A stretch of DNA of 64,000 bases, taken from contig CAVWVQ010000003.1 in assembly GCA_963758525.1 (NCBI GenBank), positions 3,840,001-3,904,000 on the forward strand, read 5' to 3'. Below the pieces are notes generated by a model. The model saw only the letters and a program-made list of their open reading frames with translations, had not been told where the DNA came from and ran no database searches. Shown piece by piece: positions 41,067-53,978 of the stretch; within the stretch, counting starts at the first letter, position 1, and each line of letters starts with the position of its first letter. Both the position numbers and the translations under genes were made by a program. Origin of the DNA: an uncultured Phycisphaerales bacterium. Its GTDB lineage: Bacteria > Planctomycetota > Phycisphaerae > Tepidisphaerales > Tepidisphaeraceae.

Positions 41067-42372
41067 CCTCGCCGTTGACCGCCAATGGATCGAACGTTGG
41101 GGCCAGCAGATGGTGCACGATGAATGCCGTCACGTAAGCGACGGAGCAAACCGCAAAAAGGATGGTATAGCCATTGGCGAATCGATCGAGCACAACGCCG
41201 GTTGCGAGCGGGAAGATAATCCCGCCGATCGAACCGGCCGATGTGCCCAGGGCGATGATCTTGGCCACGGCGCGTTTTGGAAACATATCCGAGACGGTGG
41301 TGTAGAGCGTCGCAGACCAAGCCTGATGCGATGCGCCTGCGAGCCCGATCAGCAGGACGGCAGTCCAGTCGCCGACGCGGGTCGCCAGTGCGATCGGCAG
41401 CACGCAAAGAGCAAACAGCGCCATGCTCATTTTTCGCGCGCGTGTCACGCTCCAGCCCTTGCCGATGAGGTGTCCGCTCAGCCAGCCGCCGAAGATGCTT
41501 AGAACCGTGATGATGGCATAGATGGACACCAGCAGCTTCCAACTGTTCTTGATGTCCAGATGGCGCGTCTTCTTAAAAAAATCGGGGAGCCAGATCAGGA
41601 AGAACCACCAGACCGGATCGGTCATGAACTTGGCGGCGATGAAAGACCAGGTTTGGCGCTGTCGCAGAAGCTGCCGCCACGGAATCTGGTCGCCGACGAC
41701 CTGTTCCGCATCGGACTCGATGTAAAACAATTCCGCCGGCGATACGCGACGTGAACGCTCGGGGTGATCGAACAACGGGAACCAGAAGAGCAGCCAGGTC
41801 AGGCCCGCCAGGCCGGCAAAGATAAACGTCCAGTGCCAGCCCAACGAGTATGCGATAACCGGCACAATGACCGGCGCCAGCACAGCTCCGAAGTTTGCGC
41901 CGGAGTTGAACAAGCTGGTCGCCAACGCTCGCTCACGCTTGGGAAACCACTGGGCCGTGGCCTTGATCGCTGAGGGGAAGTTGCCTCCTTCGCCCAGACC
42001 CAGAGCGATGCGTGCTCCGAAAAAGCCCCCGACGCTGTTGACCAGTGCGTGCCCAAGTGCCGCCAAACTCCACGCACCGATGGAAAGGCCATAACCGAGC
42101 TTGGCGCCGAAGCGGTCCACAAACCAGCCGAAGAAGAGAACGCTCACTCCGTAGGATGCCTGAAACACGGAATTGATCGCGCCGAATTGCGTGTCGGTCC
42201 ACCCCAGCTTGGAGTCGAGGATCGGCTTGAGCAGCGAAAGGATCTGCCGATCCACGTAGTTGATGGTCGTCGCGAAGAAGAGGAGCCCGCAGATGACCCA
42301 GCGGTATCGGGTCAAAGGCGAGACCGGCGCTGTCGCGACCGGTGAGATTTCGGAGGTTTCGGTGTTCATCAT
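41059..42372 (-). CDS. MFS hexuronate transporter, ExuT-like
   Basis: RWVICGLLFFATTINYVDRQ, LGEGGNFP, WFPKRERALA, DPVWWFFLIWLP. Confidence 0.9.
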   Translation of the reverse strand: MMNTETSEISPVATAPVSPLTRYRWVICGLLFFATTINYVDRQILSLLKPILDSKLGWTDTQFGAINSVFQASYGVSVLFFGWFVDRFGAKLGYGLSIGAWSLAALGHALVNSVGGFFGARIALGLGEGGNFPSAIKATAQWFPKRERALATSLFNSGANFGAVLAPVIVPVIAYSLGWHWTFIFAGLAGLTWLLFWFPLFDHPERSRRVSPAELFYIESDAEQVVGDQIPWRQLLRQRQTWSFIAAKFMTDPVWWFFLIWLPDFFKKTRHLDIKNSWKLLVSIYAIITVLSIFGGWLSGHLIGKGWSVTRARKMSMALFALCVLPIALATRVGDWTAVLLIGLAGASHQAWSATLYTTVSDMFPKRAVAKIIALGTSAGSIGGIIFPLATGVVLDRFANGYTILFAVCSVAYVTAFIVHHLLAPTFDPLAVNGEVA

Positions 42373-42388
42373 TTTTCCTGGAGCAAGT

Positions 42389-43750
42389 TCATTTGGTCGC
42401 AAGCGCAGCCTCCTTCACGTCAATGAAAATCCTTTCCGGCCGCGCATCGGGCTTCTGAAGAATGGTCTGCACGTTTCGGAGGCTCATCCCGCGGACGTGA
42501 CGCGCGTAGATACCGCAGGCAGGCACGCTCTTTCCGAACATGTTGATCTCAGGATAGATCGCTTCCTTCTCAGAAAGTCGAACCGCCGCCTCAGATGCTG
42601 TGCCGCCGCCTGGCAGTTCCAGTTCAATATTCTCCAGCGTGAGGTTTTCGATGGGATGGCCGGGAATGCCGTTGATGAGCATGCCGACCATCCCGATATT
42701 TTTGGCGGAAATATTCTTGATCGTCACATCGCACAGTTTACCGGCGGCGGGCTTGGGCATCTGCCCCTCGCGGAACGTCTTGAGCCGGGAGCCCAGACGA
42801 ACGCTGATCGGCACTGTCACACCATCCATGGTCACGTCGCTGACGGTGACCCGGCGCAGGTCTCCGCCGTCCACGGTATAGAGTGCAATGCCGGCAAGCG
42901 CCGTGTTGGTGACCTGGCAATTCGAGACAGTGATGTCTTCGAAGCCGCCGAATGATTCAGTGCCGAGCTTGATGGCGTTGGTTCGGCTCGAGAGCTTGCA
43001 ATCGCTGGCGATGATGTCGCGGCTCGGTTTGAGATCTGTGGATTTGATGACGATCGCGTCGTCGCCGCTGATAATGTCGCAACGACGGACAGCCACATGC
43101 TCGCTCGAATCGATGTCGATGCCGTCATTGTTCCTCAACTTCTGGGTTCGTGAGCGAATGGTCACACCTTCAATGACAACGCCCCGGCTCTGAAAGAAAT
43201 CCAGCGTCCATGCACCGGGATTGGCCAGGTGGACATCCCGTACGGTGACATCGCTGCAGCGGATCCAGCGCAGCAAAAATGGCCTCATCTTGTAAGGCTT
43301 TTGGTTTGCGGCCAACTGAGCGCCTTGACCATCAATGGCGCCGCTGCCCTCGATACCGACATGCTGTACATCGATGGCGACGACCAGCGCGTGGCCCATT
43401 GGGTTTCCGTTGCCATCGACAAACGGATCGAGATTGCGGTAATCCGCCGCATCCGTGCTCCCCAACAACGTCGCGGCATTCTCCAGTCGCAGCGTCACGT
43501 TGCTCTTGATCTGGATCGTGCCTGTCAAATACCGGCCCGCGGGGAATCGGATCGTCCCGCCGCCGCTGGCGGAGCAGTCATCGATCATCTTTTGAATGCC
43601 GAGCGTGTTCAATGTCGTGCCATCACCGACCACACCGACGTTTGTCGCGTCGATGACTCGGCTCTCCGCCGCCAGCAGGGGCGAGATCGAGAACAGAATC
43701 ATCGTCGTGAGCAACCGGAGAATCGCCCGCTTGAAATGACGTCTTTGCAT
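42389..43750 (-). CDS. GH28-family beta-helix glycoside hydrolase
   Basis: GDGTTLNT, NNDGID, GDDAIVIKS, AIKLGTES. Confidence 0.88.
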   Translation of the reverse strand: MQRRHFKRAILRLLTTMILFSISPLLAAESRVIDATNVGVVGDGTTLNTLGIQKMIDDCSASGGGTIRFPAGRYLTGTIQIKSNVTLRLENAATLLGSTDAADYRNLDPFVDGNGNPMGHALVVAIDVQHVGIEGSGAIDGQGAQLAANQKPYKMRPFLLRWIRCSDVTVRDVHLANPGAWTLDFFQSRGVVIEGVTIRSRTQKLRNNDGIDIDSSEHVAVRRCDIISGDDAIVIKSTDLKPSRDIIASDCKLSSRTNAIKLGTESFGGFEDITVSNCQVTNTALAGIALYTVDGGDLRRVTVSDVTMDGVTVPISVRLGSRLKTFREGQMPKPAAGKLCDVTIKNISAKNIGMVGMLINGIPGHPIENLTLENIELELPGGGTASEAAVRLSEKEAIYPEINMFGKSVPACGIYARHVRGMSLRNVQTILQKPDARPERIFIDVKEAALATK

Positions 43751-43827
43751 TATGGTGCAGGCTTCCAGCCTGCCCGAATTCGGCCGGGTGGAAGCCTGTA
43801 AGTTAAAGTAGGGCGGGCTCATGTTTT

Positions 43828-46418
43828 TCAAGGATGTTTAGTTTCCGCCGGACACGACATCTCCGCCGGGACCGCCGCGGCTTGAATCGCGATGGAGCCG
43901 GGGGCCAATCCCTCCGCCGTTGCCGTGAGGCGGATCGTCCCGGTGTCAGTCGTGGCCTTGAGGATCACGGTGCAGCACCCGTGGTATGCATGGCGCCGCA
44001 TCGCATGAAACGGCTCATGGCTTGTTACGTCGCCGTTCTCCACCGCGATCACCTCGCCCGGACCGTCCACCGCGAACGTCATCAGATTGTCCGCCAGCGG
44101 CGCAGGAACGCCAGCGGCGTCGGTCACCCTCACAGTGACAAACGAGACGTCATCCCACACCGGCGCCAGCGAGGAGTGGTCTGTGCTGAGAACAATCTTC
44201 GCCGGCGCCCCGGCCGTGTGAAGCTCGTCGGTGGCGACGACCTTGTCTCCCTCTCGTGCAATTGCCTGCAAGGTTCCGGGCGCGAAGCGAACTTTCCATT
44301 GGCACGGCGCGCCTTGCGGCGAGCAGCGCTGCGAGCCAAGCGACGTTCCGTTCAAGATCAGCTCCGCGCTCTGAGCATTGCTGTAGACCAGCACGTTCTG
44401 CTCGCTGATATCACGGTCGGAGGGGGACCAATCCGCAAATTGGCGCGGCGCATCTGCGGTTCGCCGGGGATGTTGCCAGTGGCATCCGCACCCGCGTCGC
44501 GGACGATCGCCACCATCGCCGCGCTGCTCCAGCAGCTCTGCTGCTGGGCGCTTTGCAGATAAGGTTGATCGGTCAGATCGAGCAGCCCCGTCTCCCGCGA
44601 GATGGCCGGCCAGCGGCGCGCCTCGCCAAGGTAATCCGTGCCCGACCAGAGGAACTGACCGGCATACGGCGGGTTATCGCGAACGAACGCCCAGGCATTG
44701 AGGTCCTTCCCATTTTCGGTGCCGATGATTTTTCGCGCCGGCTTGACGCGGTGCGCGGCCAGCGCCTCGGCGTCTCGATAGTTCACGCCGATCACGTCGA
44801 GAAGATCCGCCAGCCCGTCATCAAAATCGTGGCTGACGTTGGGGCGAAACAGCGCCTGCGTCACCGGGCGCGTTGGATCGTTGTCGTGAAAGACCGCGAC
44901 GAGCGACCTGAGAATCGGAATTGCCTCCCGCGGATTGGGCGTATCGTGAATTTCATTGCCGGCGCTGTACAAGACGACGCACGGATGGTTCCGATCGCGC
45001 CTCACCGTGTCGGCGGCGTCGATCAACGACCATTGCTTGAAATAAAGGTGGTAGTCATAGGGATTCTTGGCGACGGTCCAGCAGTCGAACATTTCGTCCA
45101 TGACCAAAAAGCCCATGCGGTCGCACAAATCCAGAAAGTCCGGCGCGACGGGATTGTGACTGGTCCTGATGGCATTGCACCCCAGCCGCTTGAGCGCGGC
45201 CAGGCGATGCTCCCAGGCGCCCAGCGGCACCGCCGTGCCCAAGCCGTCCATGTCGCCGTGCAGACAGACGCCCTTCAACTTCATGTTCTGACCATTGAGC
45301 CAGAAGCCGCTGTCGGCTTTGAACTCCGCGCTACGAATCCCGAAGTGGACAACCTGGTCATCGACCGCTCGCCCGGCTTCGAGAATCCGCACCACCATCT
45401 GATACAGATTCGGATGATCCAGGTCCCAGAGGCGCGGCTTGATCGTCAACTCCTGCTCGACCTCCAGCGGCTTGCCGGGCTCAACGCTCATCGTGCTGGA
45501 CGTCACGGCGGCGGCGTGTGCACCGGCGGGATCGATCAGCGTCGCTTCCACCGTGATCTTCACCGCGCCGGCAGAGGCGTTGAGAACCGTGCTTCTGACA
45601 CGCACGGTGGCCTGGGCGGCGGTGACATTCGGGGTCGTGACAAACGTTCCCCACTCCTCCAGATGAACCGGATCGGTGAAAATCAGCCGCGTGTGCCGGT
45701 AGATGCCCGCGCCGGCATACCACCTCGAGGCGGGCTGCGGCCCGTCGTCGGCGCGCACGGCCAGCACGTTGGATTTGCCCGCTCCGAAATTCAGATGACC
45801 GCTCAACGGATAGTAAAAACTCACATAGCCGTATGGTCGCTTGCCCAGATGAAAGCCATTGATCCAGACATCGCTGTTGGCCATCACCCCGTCAAACTCG
45901 ATGAACGCCAATCGCTTGGCCCGATCCTCGGGAAGAGTGAAATGCTTGCGATACCACCCGACACCCGTGGGAAAGAAGGCACCGGCGCCGCCGGCGGGGT
46001 TGGACTCGGCGACGACGCCCTCGATGCTCCAATCGTGCGGAACATTCAGCAAACGCCAGCCGCTGTCGTTGAATTCCGCGGCCGCGGCACCGGCCGGGTC
46101 GCCCTGGATGAAGCGCCAGTTCGAATCGAATGATTCAATCACCCGGGGCCGATCGGCGTCCAGAGCGCGCGCGGTGTCCCCAACGCCGGCCGCGGCGACC
46201 GCCGCCGTTGCCAGCACAATCGCAGCGATCTGCCCCGCCAGGCCGCAGGCGGCCCAATGCACAGCGCGGCGGTCCGCAAAAATCACGAGCCGCCGGGCGG
46301 GCGCGAAGGCGCAACAAAAAGACGCGAAGGAAGAGCAGGCTCGCAAAGCGACGCCCTCTCCTGGTACTCCGGGAGAGGGCAGGGGTGAGGGTGATTTCGA
46401 GCACCAGGGGTTGGTCAT
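43828..46418 (-). CDS. GH2 beta-galactosidase-like (frameshift near 44445; true start probably downstream of the REP at 46354-46393)
   Basis: VPHDWSIE, GWYRKHF, SRWYAGAGIYR, NAIRTSHNP, RDRNHP..YSAGNE. Confidence 0.92.
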
Positions 46419-46437
46419 GTTCCTTGAGGAAAAGGTG

Positions 46438-48875
46438 CTAATGGAAGTTGATCACGATCTTGTCGAACACCATGCCCGGATCGAGCGGACGGAGTGTCAG
46501 CGTGTGTTTGCCGGCGGTGATTTGACACTCGGTCTTTCCAATGGCAGTGCCGTGCAGCACGTTTTCACTCCACTGCGGGCTGAACTCTTTAGTCTCGAGA
46601 TCGACCGAACTCGACGGCCCGTCGTCGATGCCCAGGGAGTATCGCACCTTGAAGCCATCGCGAATGGCGTGCGTGGGAATGCAATAGACGCAGACCCTTG
46701 CAAAACCCTGCTTGTCCGTCGTGAAGTCGTATTCGAGTCGGGAGGCCGCTGTCACGGAAGCCCGCGCCGGCAGCAGCGCGATCGAGTCACCGCTGACGCC
46801 AAGGCCGGGAATCACTTTCCAGGCCGCTCCGTCCTGGGCGACGTGTCGTGACGGTTGCTCGGCTTCGATGGAGACGTCGCCCTGGGCGACGCCAACCCAG
46901 CCGGCGGGAGCGGTCACCGGTTTTCTTAGATCCGGCGTTTCGTAGACGGGCCGGTTTCGCGAGTCGGCGGACATGATGTTCCTCCACTTACCAGCCGCGA
47001 GCTTCTGATTGTAATACTCGGTCTCTGACTGGATCTGTTCGTACGCCGCCTGCCGCAACTTCGCGTCGTTGCTCAGCCACTTGCGGTTCATCGCCGCCGA
47101 GCAACGAACGGGGTAGACCACCGTTTCGAAGAATGCATCGCGAAGTCCGGGCGAAACGCCGGCATACAGCGCGTCAGCACGCTCCACGAGTTTAGCGAAC
47201 CGATCCAGCCGCTGGCTCGCCGACTTTGACTCGCTGCTCAGTTGAGCAGCCAGAATGTGTTCGGGTTTCACGGCGAAATTCAGCCGGTAGTATTCATCCA
47301 TCACCGATGCGGCTTGCGCGGCATCCGACGGCCCGAAGTTGCGCGTCATCCAGTCGGTCAGAAAATTCATCTGGCAGTTTTCGTCCCACGCCGGCACGTT
47401 CCTCGCGAGTTTCAGAAAGAACTCCATATCGATCTCGGCCGGCTTGATGTCGCCGACGTTCAGAACCCAAATGCGCCTGGCATCATTGTCGTAGGCCTTG
47501 CTCATTTCCTCCCACACCAGCGCCGGCGGGGTCGTGCAGAGCCAGAGATAATCTTCGGGCTGTCCCCAATAGGACACGTGGTAATAAACACCCGATCCGC
47601 CGTTGCGGGCCTGTTCTGCTACTGACGGGAGCTCGCGAATGTAGCCATGATTGTCATCCGGCCACAGAAGCGTCACGTCATCAGGAACTTTCAGGCCGTT
47701 GCGATAAAGGGTCAGCACTTCCTTGTAGGGACAGAAGATCTGCGGAATGAGCTGCACCTTCGGATTGACGTACTTCGCCAGCAGCGCCCGTTGATCGCCG
47801 ATCGCCTCTTCCACGAGTTTCACGCGCGAGGGAACATCTTTCGGGCCCTCCAGGGGGCTGTCGTGAATCCCGCCAAGCCCAGCGTCCACGTCGACTCATA
47901 TGGCCCGCGTTTGCTGGCCCACTCTTGCCAGAACCTGCGGATCGCGTCGCGATTGGTGTCGTATCGCCACGGGCCTTGCCTCTTCTCGTTCCACGCCACG
48001 TTGGCCCGATTCATCGGCTCGGCGTGGCTTGCGCCCATGACGATCGCCCAATCGTCGGCGAGCTTGATATTTTCATCGACCGTGCCGAATTCCCGCGTGC
48101 CGCCCGCGACTTTTGTTTTCGACGCTGCCGGATGCATCGCCGGCCAGAGGTAGTTTGCCTTCAATCGCAGGAGGAGCTCGAAAACCTTCTCGTAGGTCCG
48201 GGGACCGATGTTGCCGAAATGGGGATCGAATGTCGTCGACGCCCAGGGCCGCAGGCCCCAATCCTCGTCGTTGATGAAGATGCCGCGATACTTCACCGAC
48301 GGCTCGCCGATCACGTGCGTTCCCTGTTTCACCGAAAGTGTGCTTCGATGGGCGGGTGTCACATCCGCCCACCAATACCACGGCGAGACCCCGATTTGCT
48401 CAGACAATTCAAACACGCCGAACGCGGTGCCTCGTCGATCGCTGCCGGCAATCACTAATGCGCGCTGCACATTCGGAAGCGGATCGTCGATCGTCGTGAG
48501 GACCGACGATTCCCATTTGCCCCGCACGCCGGACACATCCAGCTTGCCACCCTCGATCAATGCATCGATCAGCGAACTTTTGCCGATCGTGCCGACGAGG
48601 ATAGCGGTCTTTCCCAGCGCCGTCTTGTCGTTCTTCACGGCAGGCTTGTGAGCCGTGACCCGCTCAACGTCCTCGGACAGCAGCTTCGCGGCGATCTGTG
48701 CCACCATGGCGTCCTTTGAATCCACATAGATGTCCGCGACAGCCGCGTCAGCGGCCAGGAGAACATCATTGGGACCGGCTGATTGGGCCAGCATCGGCGG
48801 CGCGTCGCCAGCATGCGCGGCCTCAATCAAGCTGAGCAGCGTCAGGATGTTGATGGCTCGGATCAGGTGATGCAT
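46438..48875 (-). CDS. GH115 alpha-glucuronidase-like (frameshift near 47875)
   Basis: GSDRRGT, GVSPWYWWADV, YRGIFINDEDWG, NYLWPAMH, DDNHGY, NVGDIKP. Confidence 0.92.
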
Positions 48876-48923
48876 GGGCGCAAGTTCGTTTCGTTCAGAA
48901 GCAATTTCAGAACAGCGGTTCCG

Positions 48924-49015
48924 ATCCCCACGCCGAGTCTGAGGTGCTCCGAAGGCTCGGATTCTCCGGCACTCGATCCGAGGCTTCGGAGTACCTCAGA
49001 CTCGGCGTGGGGGAT
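48924..49015. repeat. Long intergenic inverted repeat (REP-like hairpin)
   Basis: atccccacgccgagtctgaggtgctccgaaggctcggat ... atccgaggcttcggagtacctcagactcggcgtgggggat. Confidence 0.8.
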
Positions 49016-49050
49016 TGTGAAACGAACTCTTAGCTTTAAGGATCGCTTGC

Positions 49051-49791
49051 TTACTCGCCCGGAGATTTCAAACACCCCTTGAGCTTCGGCTCCGCGGTCG
49101 GCAGCTCCCGCATTACGAGATCGGCCATGGCCCTTGCCCCTTTCTCGTTGAAATGGGTGAGATCGCCCTTCTTATTCGCCAGTTCCGCGCTTCCGGCCGG
49201 GCCAAGCTGTTCCACCAGTCTTTTGCTGGACGCGTGCAGGTCGATCACGGCTGCCTGCTTCTCGCTGCCGACTTCTTCCATCGCGCTGGCGTAGGGGGCA
49301 AGCGCATCGATGAGTTTCCCATCAGGATCGAACGTCCTGCGAACCATCGGAGTCACCAGGATGGGTGTCGCGTCGGCCGCGCGGGCTTCGTCGATATAGC
49401 GCCGGAGGTACTGTTTGTAATCGGTCGCCGCGTCGGTTGACTCGGGTTTGTCCGGACCGTGCGAATCGTTATGGCCGAACTGGATCAGAACGTAATCAGG
49501 TTTATCATCCAGCGCCTTCTTCCAGCGCCCTTCCTTGATGAAGGTCTTGGTGCTGCGCCCCGCCGCGGCGTGGTTGATGACTGTCACATCTTCGGACTTG
49601 AAGCGTTCCTGAATAAATTGACCCCACCCCCGGTTGGGGCTCTTCTCCGGATAATCGCAGACGGTTGAGTCGCCAATGATGATCATCCGCAACGGCCCGT
49701 GGGAGACTTCGTCGCCACGGATCGTGGACGAAACGAGCATCGCGACCGCGAACAGGGCGGCGACAGGAAAGTGATTCGGCGTCAATTTCAT
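49051..49791 (-). CDS. Rhamnogalacturonan acetylesterase (CE12, SGNH)
   Basis: GDSTV, GWG, GRST, QFGHND, DLTH. Confidence 0.92.
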   Translation of the reverse strand: MKLTPNHFPVAALFAVAMLVSSTIRGDEVSHGPLRMIIIGDSTVCDYPEKSPNRGWGQFIQERFKSEDVTVINHAAAGRSTKTFIKEGRWKKALDDKPDYVLIQFGHNDSHGPDKPESTDAATDYKQYLRRYIDEARAADATPILVTPMVRRTFDPDGKLIDALAPYASAMEEVGSEKQAAVIDLHASSKRLVEQLGPAGSAELANKKGDLTHFNEKGARAMADLVMRELPTAEPKLKGCLKSPGE

Positions 49792-49851
49792 GGCAGAAGA
49801 GGACGGGTCACGGCCAGAACACGACGAATCGCGACGTCATCTGCGAGGTTG

Positions 49852-50856
49852 TTATTTCCAATTCACCAGGGTCGCCGCATGCACGGGCACCAGCCGGTGA
49901 ACCTGCGGCGCCGACCACTGCTGTGGAGAGGTGTTGAGATCCGCCATGGTCTTGTTGGGATTGCGTCCGTCCGCCTCGGTTTCCAGGATGTCCACATCGT
50001 CGTCGATCACATAGGGCTTGTCGGCGAAGCGCCCGAGCATATTGTTGAACGCCATCGTGTCGTACACGCTCGATACGTGTCCATCGGGAAAGAGCAGGTT
50101 GAATGTGTTGGCCGTCTGGCTGCTGTTCATGTGCGTGAAACTGCCGTAATCCGAGGCGTCGAAGTTGTACACGGCATCGCTCGCCAGTTCCTTGAACGGT
50201 GGGATGTCCGCAAGCTTGCGGTACCACGTCGCCTCCGAAGGACTGGATGGGAGGTAGGCGGATGTGTTTGACCAGTGCGGGTTGAACATGTAAGCACTGC
50301 CCCATTGCGTGCTGGGAAGGCTGGACAGATCCACCTGGCCGGGGCAAAATCGCATGGGGGCGAAATTCATATCGGCGGTGTGTGCTCCGGTAAGCAGGTC
50401 GCTGAACGCGCTTCCTAAGTACCCGCGGATAATCAGCCGACCAAGATTCGCCCCGGGGTCGACACCGCGATAGGCGCCGAGGAGGGGAGCATCTGTCGGC
50501 TGAAACATGTTTATGTTGAACCAGTAATACGGAGTATTATTATTGTCCATCGAGAGGTACCCACTCCGCCACCGCTCGGGCAAAAACCCGCGATTGTCGT
50601 TGCAGTAGAGAATCGTTGCCTGGCCAATCTGCCGAAGATTCGAGGCGCAGGCAGTCAGGGTGGCCTGTTTGCGCGCTCTGCTTAACACCGGCAGGAGGAT
50701 CGCGATCAGCAATGCGATGATCCCGATGACGACGAGCAGTTCGACAAGCGTAAACGCTGCGCGTTTTCGCCTGCTCACGGCAGGCAGTTCGATAATCGCG
50801 GAGCCGAAAGCGGCGCTGACCAAGGTTCCCGATCCCTTTTGCCGTTTGGTAGACAT
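49852..50856 (-). CDS. Prepilin-type DUF1559-like protein (third, divergent)
   Basis: [29 protein letters not shown]...[10 protein letters not shown]. Confidence 0.9.
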   Translation of the reverse strand: MSTKRQKGSGTLVSAAFGSAIIELPAVSRRKRAAFTLVELLVVIGIIALLIAILLPVLSRARKQATLTACASNLRQIGQATILYCNDNRGFLPERWRSGYLSMDNNNTPYYWFNINMFQPTDAPLLGAYRGVDPGANLGRLIIRGYLGSAFSDLLTGAHTADMNFAPMRFCPGQVDLSSLPSTQWGSAYMFNPHWSNTSAYLPSSPSEATWYRKLADIPPFKELASDAVYNFDASDYGSFTHMNSSQTANTFNLLFPDGHVSSVYDTMAFNNMLGRFADKPYVIDDDVDILETEADGRNPNKTMADLNTSPQQWSAPQVHRLVPVHAATLVNWK

Positions 50857-51059
50857 GTAGGCCTCACTCGTAAATGAACGTCTGCACCATCGGGCGTTTC
50901 CAGCTGCGCGAGCATCAGCCGCGGCAGTGTGCGCCCCAAGCCTGCGACACCGGCAACTCTTCCTCCGCCAGTGATGCGTGGGACATCTTCATCCCTGCGC
51001 ATGATTGTATCCTGATCATCTCATATACCAAGCAAAGTTTTGCCACTGAATCCAGCCTT

Positions 51060-51902
51060 TCAGGGCTTGCCCGCACCTGCCGCCGGACCGCTGGCGGCGT
51101 CCGCGCTGACAACCACATCAGCATTCAACGGGCAGGCCTCAATTCCCTTGAGACCTTCGATCACCGAGCGCGCATTCAGCGCCGCTCCCTGGGGATCAGT
51201 GTGCGTATGGTCCTGCGGAAAAAACGCCTTCACCTTCTCCTCGCCCAACTCCTCATAATGCTTTGCGATGATGTCATTGAGGTCGACAAATGCGACGCCC
51301 TCACTCTGTGCGGCCTCCTGGGCCCACTTGCCGTAGTCTCCGGATGACCGGGCGACCTTTCCATCCTTCCAGATATTCCGCGGCACCGGCGAGAGCACGA
51401 TGGGCGTTGCTCCCTTGGCCTTTGCATCGGAAATATATTTCCGCAGATACCAGCCATAGCTGTGTACCGTCTCGGTTTTCCCGGCTGCATTCTTGACGTC
51501 CTGTGTCTCATCGCCGTTGCCCTTGATCGAGGCGCGGCCTTTGGGGTCGGAGAGTCCGCCGGCGTCGTTGTGCCCAAACTGCATCAGCACAAAGTCGCCC
51601 GGTTTGATTTCTTCAAGCACCTTGTCCCACAGACCCTCGGTCAGGAACGTTCTGCTGCTTCGCCCGCCGCGGGCGCGATTTTCGAGGTTGATCCTCGACT
51701 GATCGAAATCCGCGACGATCGCGGTCCCCCATCCTTCCAGGCCCTTGGTGCCGTTGTTCACGGTCGAATCGCCGATCAAGAAAAGCGTCGGCAGCTTGGG
51801 ATTCGGCCCCTTTTCCGCCGGACTGCTCCCCCGGCTGGGGCAACAGCAAATCAGCGACATGCCGATGGCTGAGAGAACGATCGATGCTCGCAATCGGTTC
51901 AT
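51060..51902 (-). CDS. Rhamnogalacturonan acetylesterase (CE12, SGNH)
   Basis: GDSTV, GWG, GGRSSRTF, QFGHND, DHTHT. Confidence 0.92.
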   Translation of the reverse strand: MNRLRASIVLSAIGMSLICCCPSRGSSPAEKGPNPKLPTLFLIGDSTVNNGTKGLEGWGTAIVADFDQSRINLENRARGGRSSRTFLTEGLWDKVLEEIKPGDFVLMQFGHNDAGGLSDPKGRASIKGNGDETQDVKNAAGKTETVHSYGWYLRKYISDAKAKGATPIVLSPVPRNIWKDGKVARSSGDYGKWAQEAAQSEGVAFVDLNDIIAKHYEELGEEKVKAFFPQDHTHTDPQGAALNARSVIEGLKGIEACPLNADVVVSADAASGPAAGAGKP

Positions 51903-53777
51903 GGTTGCACCTCTAAACGAATGGCGTCATACATCACGTCCCCGAAGTACTTTGCCCGCTGCTCGAAAGGCTCTGAAAACGGCAGGGCGTGATGCAGTGC
52001 CAGCGTGATCTGGTTGCTTCCGCCATGAAGCAGGGCGGCGTCGAATTCCGCGTATTCGACTTGATAGAGGCTGTCCTGCCCGCCGCTTCGATACGCGGCG
52101 GCGCCGCTCTTGCGCGGCTTGAGCTCGGCAACCTGCACTCCATTGACTTTGACCACCAGCGATCCGAACACCTGAGCCGAGGCCAGGCCGAGCGTCAGCG
52201 TTGCCTTGCCCGTCTGCGCGGGGCAGGTCAAAGAGGATGCTCCAGTACGGCTTCCTGCTGTACCAGTTCCACTGCGCGAAGTTCCAGTCGCGCTCTTCGC
52301 GGCTCTTGCCGATCGTAAACGTCACGTCGTCGGGGAAGTCGGCGGGATAGCGGAGGAAGTTCCCGTAGTGACGCACGTCGTCGCCACCCTTGAATTCGCG
52401 CGAGGATCGATCGGCAACGCCAATCTGCCACAGCGTCCGTCCATGCGTCACCGGCGTCCATTGCAGGATACCCAGTTCGGTCATCGACTGCGGGCGGACG
52501 GCGACGTTTTCTCGTTTCAAATCCTCAAACTGATTCGCTCCACTGACGAAAAGTGTGTAGTTTCCAGGCCGAACGTTGCGAATCGCGAAACGCCCGCTCG
52601 AATCCAGCTTTGAATAGAACATGTACCCGTTGGCGGACTCGGTCCAGTCTTTGTCATCGGGGGGAGCGAGCACGACCCATGCGTCCTTCACGCTGCCGCC
52701 GCCCTGGAGAGCGACCTGGCCGGTCACGACGCCACGTTCGAGCGGATATTCCTCGCTCTTGAGCCACGCATACGGCCACTGCCCCCGCTCGCTTGCCGCG
52801 CAAGTCTGCGCATCCTCCCACATGGCGCTGACAGACGGTCCATGGTTCACGTAGACGAACACCGGACCGAACATTTTGCTCCAGGTTTCCGCTTCCTTGA
52901 CCTGAATGGCTCCAGCGCCGAAATGCCCGCCCTGGAACATTGCCAGCAGCGTGTTGTCTGCGTGCACCGTCAGATCCTGCCGAAGGGGGCCGCCGTTGAG
53001 GAACTCGGTGCTGGGCCAGATCATCCAGAGGCCGACGCCATGTCCCGCCATGCCATGGGCAACATAGTCGCAGGTGAAAGCGGAATTGTTGTACTTTGTG
53101 TAGATCGTCCCATCCGCCAGGCGGGACGTGGCATCCTGAACGGATTGAACAACCGGCGCCGTCGAATACGCTCCCTGCCGTTTGTCATCGACAACATGGT
53201 TTGTGAACAGCTCAGGACCCTTCACGCCCCTGATGGCAAAGCGTGTCTGCCCGATGTCTCCCGCGGGCATTCCAGCGGAATGTCGATAGATCACGTATGC
53301 GTAGAAACCGCTTTGCCCGCGCCGCAATACGTAGTGAGCCTCGGTGTGGAACGGAAACCACTCGCCCGGTTCGCCGTGGAGTTCCAGGTCGGCCGACTCC
53401 GGGCCGGCGCTGACCAGACGAGCGGTGCAGCCAGAAAGCGGATGCGCGTATCCCGCCTTGGGGCGCGCCCGGTCGGCGTTCTCTGGCTCGTCTTCGGGAC
53501 CGCCGTTGGCGTCCAGGTACATTCCCAGCTTCCGATCGGTCAGCACCTGTGAATGGCGCCGATCGAGCGATTCGATCGTGATAATGTCCCCGCTCACCAT
53601 CGATACCGTCAGCGAAATCAGCCCGTTCTCCAGCACGATCTGGCCGCGCCCTTGCTTCACCGTGACCGGCGCGGTCTCGCCGGCGTTGACATGAGCGGTC
53701 AGCAGCGACGCGACGGTCGTAACGACAAGCACACATAGCCGGCTAGCACGCATTGAGTCCTGGAAGGTGGTTGGCAT
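51899..53777 (-). CDS. Rhamnogalacturonan lyase-like (PL4) (frameshift near 52225)
   Basis: YTKY, EFLNGGPLRQDL, KMFGP, WPYAW, NVRPGNYTL, LWQIGVADR, VMYDAIRLE. Confidence 0.88.
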
Positions 53778-53978
53778 GAGTGACTACGAAGTCGAAGACC
53801 CTGCCGATGAATCTCCCTCTCCGTCATCCATTATATTGCCGGCAGGCAGGCGGTTTGGACGCCAATTCCGTCATTTTCGCGATACAGTTTCCGGCGGAAG
53901 GATGACGGAACCCAATCGGCCGGCGCCGCGATGATTTCGAGTGCCGTTTGGAACCGCCGACTCCGGTAGGGCGGCGAA